Below, piece by piece: positions 19,521 to 28,810 of a stretch of DNA of 64,000 nucleotides. Where the stretch lies: the NCBI GenBank assembly GCA_035274465.1, contig DATEOF010000468.1:8044-72043 (forward strand). The letters are read 5' to 3'. The DNA is from Polyangiales bacterium. Lineage in GTDB: Bacteria > Myxococcota_A > Polyangia > Polyangiales > JAFGIB01. Every line of letters begins with the position of its first letter. Positions within the stretch are counted from its first letter, which is position 1. Both the position numbers and the translations under genes were made by a program. The notes under the pieces are model-generated. The model was not told the DNA's origin, ran no database searches, and saw nothing but the letters and a program-made list of their open reading frames with translations.

Positions 19521-20252
19521 ATGGTTTTGTTTGCCAGACGGCTGCTGATAGCCTGCTCGCTCGCTCTGAACGCGCTGCTGGCATTCGGCGTGTTGCACTT
19601 CATGCGCGCCGAGCAAGCGCTGCGCATCGACCCGTTCGAGTTGGACCACTGGGCGGCCGATCCGCTTTCGCCGCAGCCTCCGGCGGGCCTGCGCCGCGTG
19701 ATCATCTTTGGGGACTCGCGCGCGCGGCAGTGGCTGAAGCCGACGGCGGCGGACGGTTTCGAGTTCGTGAACCGCGGCGTCGGGCTGCAGACCAGTGCGC
19801 AGGTACTCGGCCGTTTCGATCGTGATCTGAAGCGGCTCAGCCCGTCCGTGGTCGTGCTGCAGCTCGGCGTGAACGACCTGAAGGCCTCGGCCACGGAGAC
19901 CGCGAGCGAGCAGCAGATCCTGCGGCGTTGCCAGGACAACATCGCGCAGCTCGTGCAGCGCAGCGTGGGATTGGGCGCGCATGTCGTGCTCTCCACGATC
20001 TTCTCGCTCGGTGGGCTGCCCTGGTTGCGCGCGCTGTACATACCCAGCGAGACGTCCCAGCGCGTGCAGTACGTCAACCAATTCGTGCGCGGCCTCGGCT
20101 CGCCGCACGTGTCGATCCTCGACACGCAGCGCATCTTGGACGACGTACACGGAAGCGTTCGTAGCGAGTATAGGTCTGACTTCCTGCATTTGAATGCTGC
20201 CGGTTACGACGCCTTGAATCTCGAGCTGATGAAGACACTGCGCGCGCTATAG
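19521..20252 (+). CDS. SGNH/GDSL-family hydrolase (possible glycan O-acyl esterase/transferase)
   Basis: N-terminal TM anchor. Block I VIIFGDSRA, block III LQLGVNDL, C-terminal DFLHLN (DxxH). Confidence 0.75.
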   Translation: MVLFARRLLIACSLALNALLAFGVLHFMRAEQALRIDPFELDHWAADPLSPQPPAGLRRVIIFGDSRARQWLKPTAADGFEFVNRGVGLQTSAQVLGRFDRDLKRLSPSVVVLQLGVNDLKASATETASEQQILRRCQDNIAQLVQRSVGLGAHVVLSTIFSLGGLPWLRALYIPSETSQRVQYVNQFVRGLGSPHVSILDTQRILDDVHGSVRSEYRSDFLHLNAAGYDALNLELMKTLRAL

Positions 20253-20306
20253 TCAGCATGTCAGTCGCGGGGATGATGCCGCTGAGCAAATACCCTTGGG
20301 TTGAAC

Positions 20307-20480
20307 ATGCAAAAGTATTATTTGATGATGATCTTGCTGGCGACGCTGATCATCCCGCTGCGTAACGCCAGGAATCCGAACGCGGCCGAAGGCCAGCGCA
20401 AGACCATCCAGCAGATGGCCATCTTCGTGTTGATCTGGGGGCTCGGCTGCGTCTACGTGTACTGGCGCTTGCCGCCGTGA
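20307..20480 (+). CDS. 57-aa two-TM membrane peptide (absent from ORF track, below its size cutoff)
   Basis: ATG 20307 to TGA 20478-20480. Product is MQKYYLMMILLATLIIPLRNARNPNAAEGQRKTIQQMAIFVLIWGLGCVYVYWRLPP. Two hydrophobic helices around a basic loop, and GC3 is high after the first codons. Confidence 0.45.
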   Translation: MQKYYLMMILLATLIIPLRNARNPNAAEGQRKTIQQMAIFVLIWGLGCVYVYWRLPP

Positions 20481-20485
20481 GCGGC

Positions 20486-21841
20486 TCAGCGCGCCAGTTC
20501 GAGCGCGCGCGCGCGTCGCAGTAGCTGCGAGGGCCGCTCTTCGCTCAATTCCGTGGCTGCTTGCACCACCGCTATCGATCCCGACGGAGGGTCTGCAGCT
20601 GTCGGCTGCCGGCCCTTGGCGCCCGACTCGTGCCAGATCTGTGTCAAGCGCAGGCCGAGCGTGCGGGCGCCGAAGCGTTCTTCGCCGATGGCCGCGAGCA
20701 GCTCACCGCGCGGCAACGTGAGGCATTGCGAGACCGCTTCGGCCAGCGAGTTGGACGTGAGCTCCTCGGCCACCACGCCGACGCCGTTCTGCAGCATGTC
20801 CGCGAACGGGTAGACCGGATAGCTAGCCACCGGCGTACCGGAAAGGATCGACTCGATCGCGACGTAGCCCCACTCCTCGTACAGGCTCGGGAGCAACAGC
20901 GCGTGTGCGCGCCGCATCTCGCGGTGCACCTCGCCGGGCGGCAGCACACCCAGGCACTCCAGCTCGAGTCGCGCGTTCTGAACCAGCGTGACCCGGCGGG
21001 CTTCGGCCTCGATCGCCTGCGGGTGGCAACCGATCGCTCGCAGCAACACCGGCCGGTCGGGCCGGGCGAGCGTGGCCGCGGCGCGCACGGCGTCTTGCAG
21101 GTTCTTTCGCGGATGCGACAGGTCGCCGCTGCAGACCAGCAGCCGCAGCGAGCCGTCGGTCGGCGGGTGGTCGTCGCTCTCGGCGCGCCTGGGTACGCGC
21201 ACCGGCGGGGGGCACGACACCGCGCGCAGGCCCTGCGAGCGCAGCTGCGAGGCCAAGGTCTCGGTGCAGGCGACGACGCTGGTAGCGGCGAGGTAGCCGC
21301 GCTGGTCGCCAGCGTAGTACGACAGTGCCTTGGCTGTGATGACTGCCCTGCGCGGCAGAAAGCCGCGAGTGTGGCGCCAGGTCTCGATCAGCCGCGGGCC
21401 GGGAGCGTGCGGGAAGAACCAACCGGCGACGAATAGCTGGCCACCGAACGGCTCGGCCCACGGCGCCAGGCCGGGCCGATTGAGATGGATCACATCGTAG
21501 GTCGTGCCTTCCCGCCGCACGGCTTGCGCGAACGCCTCGCCCACCCGGCGCGTGTGCAGATCGGGCATCAGGCGGTCTGCCAGCACGCGCGCCGCCGAGC
21601 GCGGCTTGATGCCGGCGCTGACCAGCCGCAGGGTGCCCAGGCCCCCCAGCCTATCGCGCACCGCCTCGGCGACCTCCTCGGTGGTGACGATCAGCGTGGT
21701 CTCGTGACCCGCCGTCGCCGAAGCGATCGCGACCTGTTCCGCGTAGGTCTCGATGCCACTCAGGCCGTCGTCCTGAATCGCAACGCACACGCGCAACGTT
21801 CCCCCCGGAGCGATGCGCGGCGTGTTTTGGTACTGATCCAT
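20486..21841 (-). CDS. GT4-type (GT-B fold) glycosyltransferase
   Basis: C-terminal EEWGYVAIESILSGTPV (EX7E-type) motif. Start placed at ATG 21841 (MDQYQN...), which is preceded by GAGGGGGAAG. The track start is 21898. Confidence 0.8.
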   Translation of the reverse strand: MDQYQNTPRIAPGGTLRVCVAIQDDGLSGIETYAEQVAIASATAGHETTLIVTTEEVAEAVRDRLGGLGTLRLVSAGIKPRSAARVLADRLMPDLHTRRVGEAFAQAVRREGTTYDVIHLNRPGLAPWAEPFGGQLFVAGWFFPHAPGPRLIETWRHTRGFLPRRAVITAKALSYYAGDQRGYLAATSVVACTETLASQLRSQGLRAVSCPPPVRVPRRAESDDHPPTDGSLRLLVCSGDLSHPRKNLQDAVRAAATLARPDRPVLLRAIGCHPQAIEAEARRVTLVQNARLELECLGVLPPGEVHREMRRAHALLLPSLYEEWGYVAIESILSGTPVASYPVYPFADMLQNGVGVVAEELTSNSLAEAVSQCLTLPRGELLAAIGEERFGARTLGLRLTQIWHESGAKGRQPTAADPPSGSIAVVQAATELSEERPSQLLRRARALELAR

Positions 21842-21881
21842 CCAACTTCCCCCTCGAGAGCGACCTGGTCGCATCTGAACG

Positions 21882-21896
21882 GGTGCCCGGGGCACC
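21882..21896. promoter_or_regulatory. 15-bp perfect palindrome upstream of the GT4 gene
   Basis: GGTGCCC-G-GGGCACC, about 40 nt upstream of ATG 21841 on the minus strand. No function can be assigned. Confidence 0.2.
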
Positions 21897-22391
21897 ATCT
21901 GTTACTCGCTCTGCACTCCGACCACAACAGCGGTTTCGGCAGATTTCGCCGAAGCCCCCTTGCCTTGGAGTGTCATCGTCCGCTGGTCCTGGTGCCGGTG
22001 ATGCGGATCGCAGCTGCGCTGCTTTGCAGCGAGAACTGTCATGCGATCGCGCGGGTCGGCGTGACTGCGCCGTAAGCCGCAACTGCCGCGTTCGCCATGC
22101 ACCAGTCTACCATATTTGAACATTGGGTTTTCGAGCGCGCGGCCCGTGTGAAGCAAGTCAAATTGCGCGTGCGCGATAGGTGGGACGAACTCGGAGAACA
22201 TGGAACCAATCACTGCGTGTCGCGCCGCTCTCAGCGGCGTACGTCGCACCCACATGGGAGCTGTGAAATGATCGTTCACTGGAAGCGCTCGTGTGAGTCT
22301 CGCGGTTGGTTTCCCCAAACCTGCGAGCTCCAAGTCAGGACGTTCGCGGATCGACAACTTCCCGCAACCTGCAGCTGATGGCGGCGAGCAT

Positions 22392-22751
22392 ATGCCCAAG
22401 ATCACATTTCAGTCGGTGGACGAATACATCGAGCAGCAACCGGCGCCGGCGCAACCGATCCTGCGCCGCGTCCGCAAGATCATTTGCAAGGCCATCCCCA
22501 GGGCCGAGGAAGTCATCAGCTACAACATGCCGACCTTCGAGCTGGATGGGGTAGCCGTGTTGTACCTGGCCGGCTGGAAGCAGCATTACTCGCTGTATCC
22601 AGCCAGCACCGCGCTCGCGCTAGCGCTAGGTGACCAGCTCGCGCCCTACAAGTTCCACAAGGGCACGATCCGCTTCCCACTGGATGCGCCGATCCCCGTC
22701 AAGTTGATCGAGCGCATCGCGAAGCTGCGGGTCCGAGAACTCAGGAGCTGA
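22392..22751 (+). CDS. DUF1801 (YdhG-like) domain protein
   Basis: MPKITFQSVDEYIEQQPAPAQPILRRVRKII...ISYNMPTF is typical of the DUF1801 family. ATG 22392 lies in frame with track ORF 22293. Confidence 0.8.
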   Translation: MPKITFQSVDEYIEQQPAPAQPILRRVRKIICKAIPRAEEVISYNMPTFELDGVAVLYLAGWKQHYSLYPASTALALALGDQLAPYKFHKGTIRFPLDAPIPVKLIERIAKLRVRELRS

Positions 22752-22798
22752 TCGAGCGTTGGCACTCGTCACCGCCGTCACGCAGGTTAAACGCGAAC

Positions 22799-22825
22799 GG
22801 CGCCGGCGAGCAACTCGCCGACGCC
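22799..22825. terminator. GC-rich hairpin between convergent genes (possible bidirectional terminator)
   Basis: GGCGCCGGCGAG-caa-CTCGCCGACGCC, with 11 of 12 positions paired. No U-tract. Confidence 0.35.
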
Positions 22826-22852
22826 GTCGGATGAGGCGCTTTAGCTTGGAGG

Positions 22853-24199
22853 CTAGAGGCCCTTCTGCGCGAAGTCGTAGTCCGAGTTCATCGCGCACAG
22901 CTTGCAGTCGCTGCCCACGAACCACTTGCCGGAATCGGCGTCCATCGAGAGCGTGTACTTGAAGAACGCGACCGAGGGCTCGATCAGGCGCTCGGGCTCG
23001 AGCATCAGCGTCAGGTGGCCGCGCGATCCGCCCATGCCCTTGGGGTGATGGAAGAACAGGAACGCGCCGCCCTTCGTCGACGCGTTCACGGCATTCCTGA
23101 AGCTCGCCACGCTCGGGTTGCCGATATCCAGATCAGCCGAGATCGCGAGGAACGGCTTGCTCGCGCGATCGCCACCGTTGTACAGGATGATCGACTTGAT
23201 CCGGCTGTCGCTGGATGCACTGAGCGTCGCCGTGCTGCCCTGCGAGTGGCCCATCGCGCCGACCCGAGTCGTGTCCAGCATGCCGAAGTACGGGCTCTTC
23301 GAGTCCTGGTTGGCCGCGAACGCGAAGTCGAGCCCCTTGATCTGCGCGTTGTTGCCGCCGACCCAACGCGAGTTGGCGGCGACCACGAAGAAGCCTTGCG
23401 AGGCGAAGTAGCGCAGCAGCGCGCCGTAACCTTCTGGTTGCGCGCACGTACCGTTGCCCCAGGTCAAGATAGGGAACTTCTCGCCCTCGGCCCTCTTGGC
23501 TGGCCGGTATACGGTGAAGAGGTCGAACTTGAGGTCTTTGACGTCGAGCAACCGCTGGGTCTCCTCGGGGCTCTCGGCGAACAGCGCGGCGAACGCCGCA
23601 CACTGCCCGCCGCCATCCGCATCACCGCTCGCGATCGCGACCTCGAAGCCGGTTCCGACGTTGACGTCGTTGATCGCGCCGTAGGGCCCGAGCTGGATCT
23701 TCGCGCCTTCGGCGGTGGTGAAGGTGCCGCAAGCCTGGCTCTTCATGACTTCGCCGCTCTTGCAGTCGGCGAGCATCGGACCGGTCGCTGGCATTCCGCC
23801 GCTACCAGCTGCAGCGCCACCGGCGCCGCCGGCCGGTGCGCTTCCGCCGCTGCCAGCTGCAGGTGCCGTGCTCCCCGCGGCCGCCATGCTGCTGCCAGCT
23901 GCGCCGCTCGAAGAACCGCTGCTCCCGGCTGCAGTCGTGCCGCTACCAGCTGCAGCGGGCTTGCCCGCTGCGCCGGTGGTGCCGGCAGACGAGCTCGGCG
24001 TGCTGGTCATCCCCGCCGCACCGCTGCTGCTGGTGCTGCCGGCCGTGGCCGAAGGCGTCGTCGTCGATGGACCGGAGGTCATGCCGACCGCTCCGCCGGA
24101 ACCAGCCGCCGCTGCGGGCGCTACGGGATCCGAACCGCCGCATGCAGCTGACAGACACAGGACACTCACGAACGACAGGGTTCCGACCAAGCTCTTCAT
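22853..24199 (-). CDS. secreted lipoprotein: Ala/Gly/Ser/Thr linker plus alpha/beta hydrolase (chlorophyllase/PAF-AH/cutinase-like) domain
   Basis: Lipobox LCLSAAC. About 120 aa of low-complexity linker. FPILTWGNGT...FFVVAAN and the nucleophile elbow GHSQGS. Confidence 0.75.
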   Translation of the reverse strand: MKSLVGTLSFVSVLCLSAACGGSDPVAPAAAAGSGGAVGMTSGPSTTTPSATAGSTSSSGAAGMTSTPSSSAGTTGAAGKPAAAGSGTTAAGSSGSSSGAAGSSMAAAGSTAPAAGSGGSAPAGGAGGAAAGSGGMPATGPMLADCKSGEVMKSQACGTFTTAEGAKIQLGPYGAINDVNVGTGFEVAIASGDADGGGQCAAFAALFAESPEETQRLLDVKDLKFDLFTVYRPAKRAEGEKFPILTWGNGTCAQPEGYGALLRYFASQGFFVVAANSRWVGGNNAQIKGLDFAFAANQDSKSPYFGMLDTTRVGAMGHSQGSTATLSASSDSRIKSIILYNGGDRASKPFLAISADLDIGNPSVASFRNAVNASTKGGAFLFFHHPKGMGGSRGHLTLMLEPERLIEPSVAFFKYTLSMDADSGKWFVGSDCKLCAMNSDYDFAQKGL

Positions 24200-24353
24200 G
24201 TCTCTTCCTCGACGGTGAAAATAAGGCGCAGCGGGGTTGTAGCTACGTTACGGCCAGTCCGCTAGCGGACGCGGACGGTCATGGAGCTCAGCCGGACATA
24301 ACGCGACACAGCGTTGCGGTTCGCAACGAGTCGTTGTGTCCCAGGCTTGGGGT

Positions 24354-25400
24354 TCAGCGCTCTCGTCGATCGATCTGCGCGATCACGCAACGATGATCTG
24401 ACTCATCGGCGCAGCCCACCTGGAAGCTCACGAAACGAAGCTCATGGCTCGCCATGATTCGGTCAAGACGCAGCCAAGGTTCTCCGCTGGGAAACGTGTA
24501 GCCGAAACCCCAGCCGGCGCTGGGGAAGCCGTCCTGGTATTCGCCGAAGTACCGAGCGAACACGGGGCTGAGCCCTGTCAGGTTGGTGTCCCCGCTCAAG
24601 ATGCGCGGGAGGGTCTCCGCGTCGGCTCGGCGCGCGACTGCGGCCAGCTGGCGCTCGCGCGATGCGAAGTTTTCGCGGAACGTGTCTTCGGACGCGCCGC
24701 CGCGCCAAAAGGTTCCTGCGCGCAGCGAAGTCCGCACGCGCATGCCGGCGACCGCGTAGAGCGCCCAGCGCGGTGACTGAGGATGGAAGTTGTAGAACGC
24801 GATCCGGCCCAGCGGAGTCTCCAGCTCGTAGCGCATGGAGTGCTCCGATGGGTGGCCCGTGATCCATTGCCCCTCGCCCGAGTCGCGCGGGCCGACCAAC
24901 GGATAGCGGCTGGCGAGCAAGAACTGCCCCTTGGCGTAGACCTCCGGGTAGTCCTGCTGCAGGCGTTCGACGAGCAACCTCGACGGCATGCAGACTTCCT
25001 GCATCAACACCACGTCCGCGGTATGCCGCGCGACGGCGCCCGCGATCGCTTCTTCGCCCGCGCCGCAGTTCGCCACGTTGTAGCTGAGCACGCGCAGCGG
25101 CTCGGCCCCGGCCGACGCGATCGGCCTGGGAAGCACGAAGCCCATCAGCGGGAACATCACGATCAATGCCGCTGCCAGCTGCGTCCAGAGCAGCCGTAGC
25201 ATGCCCATCCAGAGCAAGAGCGGAATGAAGAGCAGGATCGGCAGGCCGAACAGCACGCGCGGCACGTACAGCGCCACGCCGGTGAACCAGAAGTGATCAC
25301 CGACGAAGCGCAACGCGAGCAGGGTGATCACCAGCCCGACGACGTAGGCGTAGCACGCGAACGCGACCGAGCTGCGTATCAGCCGGCGCCAAGTACTCAT
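24354..25400 (-). CDS. membrane-anchored endonuclease/exonuclease/phosphatase (EEP) family protein
   Basis: Four N-terminal TM segments, then LRVLSYNV, VVLMQEV and a C-terminal SDH motif of the EEP fold. Confidence 0.8.
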   Translation of the reverse strand: MSTWRRLIRSSVAFACYAYVVGLVITLLALRFVGDHFWFTGVALYVPRVLFGLPILLFIPLLLWMGMLRLLWTQLAAALIVMFPLMGFVLPRPIASAGAEPLRVLSYNVANCGAGEEAIAGAVARHTADVVLMQEVCMPSRLLVERLQQDYPEVYAKGQFLLASRYPLVGPRDSGEGQWITGHPSEHSMRYELETPLGRIAFYNFHPQSPRWALYAVAGMRVRTSLRAGTFWRGGASEDTFRENFASRERQLAAVARRADAETLPRILSGDTNLTGLSPVFARYFGEYQDGFPSAGWGFGYTFPSGEPWLRLDRIMASHELRFVSFQVGCADESDHRCVIAQIDRRER

Positions 25401-25467
25401 TGAGAATTCCGAGCGCGGTTCATGCTCGTCCCTGATCTAGCATGTGCGGCTAGCGACGCCACGGACC

Positions 25468-27096
25468 TCAGACGTGCGGCACGACGACGCTGATGCTGTA
25501 CGCTGGCAGAGCCAGCCGCCAGGTATTTTTCCCGCGCGACGTCAGGTCGCCCTTGGGTACGAGCTCCGGCGCTGTCCCCGACAACTCCCACACCCGAGCT
25601 GCAGGAAACGTGGCCGGGTGATTCACGATCAGCCCCACGGTCTTCGGCGCGCTGGCCTTGTTGATCGCGATCACCACCACTTGATCCGCAGCGCCCGCCT
25701 TCAAGCTCGCGTAGGCCGTTACGCTTCCGACATCGGTCGTCGTCGCCCGAACGGAGACGTCCCCGAACGCTCCACCCTTGCCGTCGTAGTTTCGGAACGC
25801 ACGCAGCGCCGCGTACGTGAAGCTCTCGTCGCTCGAGAGTGGCCAGATCGACGCCATACCGACACCTTCACGACCGAAGATGCCGAGCACGTCTGCAGTC
25901 GCGATCGCACCGCTGATGTGGTGTCCAGCGCCGTAGTTCCATTCGCTGAACGAGAGCTTCGTGCCGGGGTAGTGCGCGGCGATCTTGCTCGACATGCGAT
26001 GCAGCAGATCGATCGGTCCGCCGACGAAGTCGCGTACCCAGCTGTTCTCTTCGTACGTCGGATCCCACAGCGAACGAGGCGCCTGCACGCGCGCCACCAC
26101 CACGTCGGGCGCGATCGACGTCTCGCTGACGCGCGTGCCGTTCGCCTGCGCCTCTGGATACCAGTGCAGATCCAGGTAGTCGATCACGCGCTTGCCCTTG
26201 GCGTCGTGCTCCGCGTCCTTGGCCTGCTCGAGGTACCACTCCACCAGGTCCCGACCGCGCGCGTCCGGCGCATTCTGCAGGTTCACGAAGCCGTTCCAGC
26301 CGTAGCTCACGAGGCCCAACACCTCTGCGCTAGGCCAGACGTGCTTGATCGCTTGCGCGAAGCGCTGGTTGCGGTCCCATAGCTCGGCGTACGTGACCGG
26401 CCGCGGGTGCACCTCGGCGTGCGTGGAAGCCCAGAGATCGGGCTCGTTGTCGAGCGAGAAGGCGATCCTGGCCTGCGCCGCGCGCGACTTCAGGTAGTGC
26501 ACGAACTCGTCCTGGTACACCACGCCGTCGCTCGTGTCCGGCTTCGGGCCGAACGCGCCGCCTTTCTCGGCCTTGTTGCGCTTGAAGCGCGTGCTCAAGT
26601 AGTTCACGCCGCTGTTGCGCACGTCGCCGCCGCCTTGCTTGTCACCGGCCACGTAGTCGACGATCGGCACGGTCACGAGCGTGGTCGCGCCACGCGGCTG
26701 CGCCTTGTTGATCAGATCGAGCACCACCTTGGCAGGTTCGTTCGAGTCGCTGAGCAGCCCGTCGTTTTGAAACTGGTAGTCGCTGCCGGCGTTTGAGGCG
26801 TTGGTCTCCCAGTTGTACGCCGTGTAGCGGTTGCCGCCGGCGCGCACCAGACCCTGCCCGTTCTTCTCGAAGTCGGGCGCGCCGTTGGTGCCGTAGATCA
26901 GCGGCGAGATCGTGCGCACGTCGGCGTCGGTGCGCACGTCGATCGTCACGTCGACCTGGCCCGGATCGCCAGGCGCGAAGCCCTCGAGCCCGAAACCTGG
27001 CGTGGTCTTGAACGCAGGGCTGTCGGGCTTGCCGCGACTTTCGCTGCAGCTGATGGCGGCGAGCACGAGTAGCGGAGCCAGCCGGGAGAAGCTCAC
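25468..27096 (-). CDS. glycoside hydrolase family 44 (endoglucanase/xyloglucanase-like) lipoprotein
   Basis: GGNRYTAYNWETNASNAGSDYQ block, characteristic of GH44. Start placed at GTG 27096 (VSFSRLAPLLVLAAISC lipobox), which overlaps the upstream stop as GTGA. Confidence 0.8.
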   Translation of the reverse strand: MSFSRLAPLLVLAAISCSESRGKPDSPAFKTTPGFGLEGFAPGDPGQVDVTIDVRTDADVRTISPLIYGTNGAPDFEKNGQGLVRAGGNRYTAYNWETNASNAGSDYQFQNDGLLSDSNEPAKVVLDLINKAQPRGATTLVTVPIVDYVAGDKQGGGDVRNSGVNYLSTRFKRNKAEKGGAFGPKPDTSDGVVYQDEFVHYLKSRAAQARIAFSLDNEPDLWASTHAEVHPRPVTYAELWDRNQRFAQAIKHVWPSAEVLGLVSYGWNGFVNLQNAPDARGRDLVEWYLEQAKDAEHDAKGKRVIDYLDLHWYPEAQANGTRVSETSIAPDVVVARVQAPRSLWDPTYEENSWVRDFVGGPIDLLHRMSSKIAAHYPGTKLSFSEWNYGAGHHISGAIATADVLGIFGREGVGMASIWPLSSDESFTYAALRAFRNYDGKGGAFGDVSVRATTTDVGSVTAYASLKAGAADQVVVIAINKASAPKTVGLIVNHPATFPAARVWELSGTAPELVPKGDLTSRGKNTWRLALPAYSISVVVPHV

Positions 27097-28754
27097 GGCA
27101 GCCCCCAGGCGCGTTGCAGGACCTTGTACTCGCTCGCGGGCAAGGCCACGAGCACGGCAGCGTTCGGCCGCAGCCACGAGGTCAGCTCGCGCAGATCGGC
27201 CTTGTCCATCGCTGTGCAGCCGGTGACGGGCGTGGTCGCGTCCTGCCAGACGTGCAGGAAGATGCAGCTGCCGTGGTCCGGCACGACCGGCGCGCGGTTG
27301 TGCTCGATCACCAGCGCCAGCTCGTACAGGTCATCGTCGCGTCGCATATGCTCCGCGCTGCGCCAGCCCGGAGCTTCGTCGAGGATCTGGTTGTAGTACT
27401 GGGAGCGCGCGTCATCGACGCAGCGCAGGGCGGCGCCGGCTTGCGTGTAGGGCAAGGCTGATCCCGGCGCTTGCGCCGCATAGCCGTAGAGCCGGCCCAG
27501 CGTGAACGCACCCGCCGGCGAGCGCCCGTCGCCCTCGCGTTTGACCGGTCCAGCGCGGCCCTCGGGCGCAGCAGCGCCGTGCAGCCCGTCGCCCCAGCCG
27601 AGGCCCGCGCGGCCGATCACCACGCGCACGGGCTTACCGACGAGGCGAAACGCTCGGCCGGGCTCGCGCTCGTAGCGGCGCAAGACCCCGCGCGTCGCGC
27701 TCCACGCGTCCGACACCACGGTCACGAGCTGCGTGCGCAGCGCGGCGATCGGTCCGCGGTCCGGCAGGCGCGCGCGCATGCGATAACGCTGCGTGACCGG
27801 CACGAACGACAGCAGATCCATCAGCTTGGTGACCGTGCCGTCGGTCCAGTTGTTGATCACCAGCGGTTGGCCTCGGCTGCTGCGAGCATCGGCGAGGATG
27901 CCCACGTGCTCGCTCCCCGGTCGATCCGGGAACGTATCCATGAAGATCACGTCGCCGGGCCGCAGCGGATCGCGCGTCTCGATCAGGGCCTCGGCGTTGC
28001 GCTGAAAGTACGGCAGCAAGCTCTTCACGCGCCGGTGATCGATGTCGGTGTTGGGCTTCGAGACCATGGGGTACGCGCGAGGCGCCTCCCGGATATCCTC
28101 GTGCACCAGGCGTTGCAGGTCGTAACCGGCATTGCGCAGCGAGCGTACGATGACGTCGGTACACACCCCGATCTCGCGCGGAACATCGCCACCCGGATAC
28201 TCGATCCGCACGTAGCGCCCGTCGTAGCGATCTGCGTTGAGCGCGGTCTTGTGCGCGCCGATCAAGATGTCGAGCGGATCCGGGATGCCGTCGCCATCTG
28301 CATCTCCAGGCGGAAGCTCGACTGCACGCTCGAGCTCGAACAGTCGATCGGGCGCGAGCAGGGGCCGCAGCTCGCTCGCGTCACCGGGACGCAGCGCGAG
28401 CGTGACCGAGCCGATGCGCAGCTCGGCCTCGCCACCGAGCGGATAGACCTTGATCGGTTGATCCGCATCGTACAGCACCAGCTGTGCGCGGGCGCGGTCG
28501 ATCGCGGCGCGCATGCGCTTCGCATCCAGCTGCGCGGGAAGGGTGAGCTGCACGCGCGCGTCGAGGTCCGAGTAGATGCCGACGTCGCGCACACCCAGGC
28601 TGCGCTCGCGCGGCGCATCGACGACGGCGCGGGTCACCGGTGTGGCATCCGCGCGCGCCGGCCGCTGGGCCGGCATGGCTGCGCACGTGAGCGCCAGCGC
28701 CAGCCAAGCCGAACGCGCGCGCACACACCCACGCATGCCTGCAGCCACCACCAT
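27093..28754 (-). CDS. exported fusion protein: DUF1287 domain plus YkuD-like L,D-transpeptidase-type domain
   Basis: Signal peptide. IEYPGGDVPREIGVCTDVIVRSLRNAGYDLQ (DUF1287-like). C-terminal SCIFLHVWQDATTPVTGCTAM (H...GC catalytic motif of the YkuD fold). Confidence 0.7.
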   Translation of the reverse strand: MVVAAGMRGCVRARSAWLALALTCAAMPAQRPARADATPVTRAVVDAPRERSLGVRDVGIYSDLDARVQLTLPAQLDAKRMRAAIDRARAQLVLYDADQPIKVYPLGGEAELRIGSVTLALRPGDASELRPLLAPDRLFELERAVELPPGDADGDGIPDPLDILIGAHKTALNADRYDGRYVRIEYPGGDVPREIGVCTDVIVRSLRNAGYDLQRLVHEDIREAPRAYPMVSKPNTDIDHRRVKSLLPYFQRNAEALIETRDPLRPGDVIFMDTFPDRPGSEHVGILADARSSRGQPLVINNWTDGTVTKLMDLLSFVPVTQRYRMRARLPDRGPIAALRTQLVTVVSDAWSATRGVLRRYEREPGRAFRLVGKPVRVVIGRAGLGWGDGLHGAAAPEGRAGPVKREGDGRSPAGAFTLGRLYGYAAQAPGSALPYTQAGAALRCVDDARSQYYNQILDEAPGWRSAEHMRRDDDLYELALVIEHNRAPVVPDHGSCIFLHVWQDATTPVTGCTAMDKADLRELTSWLRPNAAVLVALPASEYKVLQRAWGLP

Positions 28755-28810
28755 CGCTTCCGACAGCGAGGGTGCAGCGCGCGAGTGCCGAAGGCAACCC
28801 GCGGCTCAGC

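Noticed and set aside
21902-22405. 167-aa minus-strand ORF filling the 550-bp gap.
   Set aside because: GC3 is poor over much of its length and the composition is odd (His/Arg-rich). It overlaps the DUF1801 start and has no motif.
23790-24140. Highly repetitive GCN/GGN-rich DNA that could be mistaken for a tandem repeat or array.
   Set aside because: It is in frame within 22853..24199 and encodes an Ala/Gly/Ser/Thr low-complexity linker. There is no fixed repeat unit and no spacer structure, so it is not CRISPR-like.
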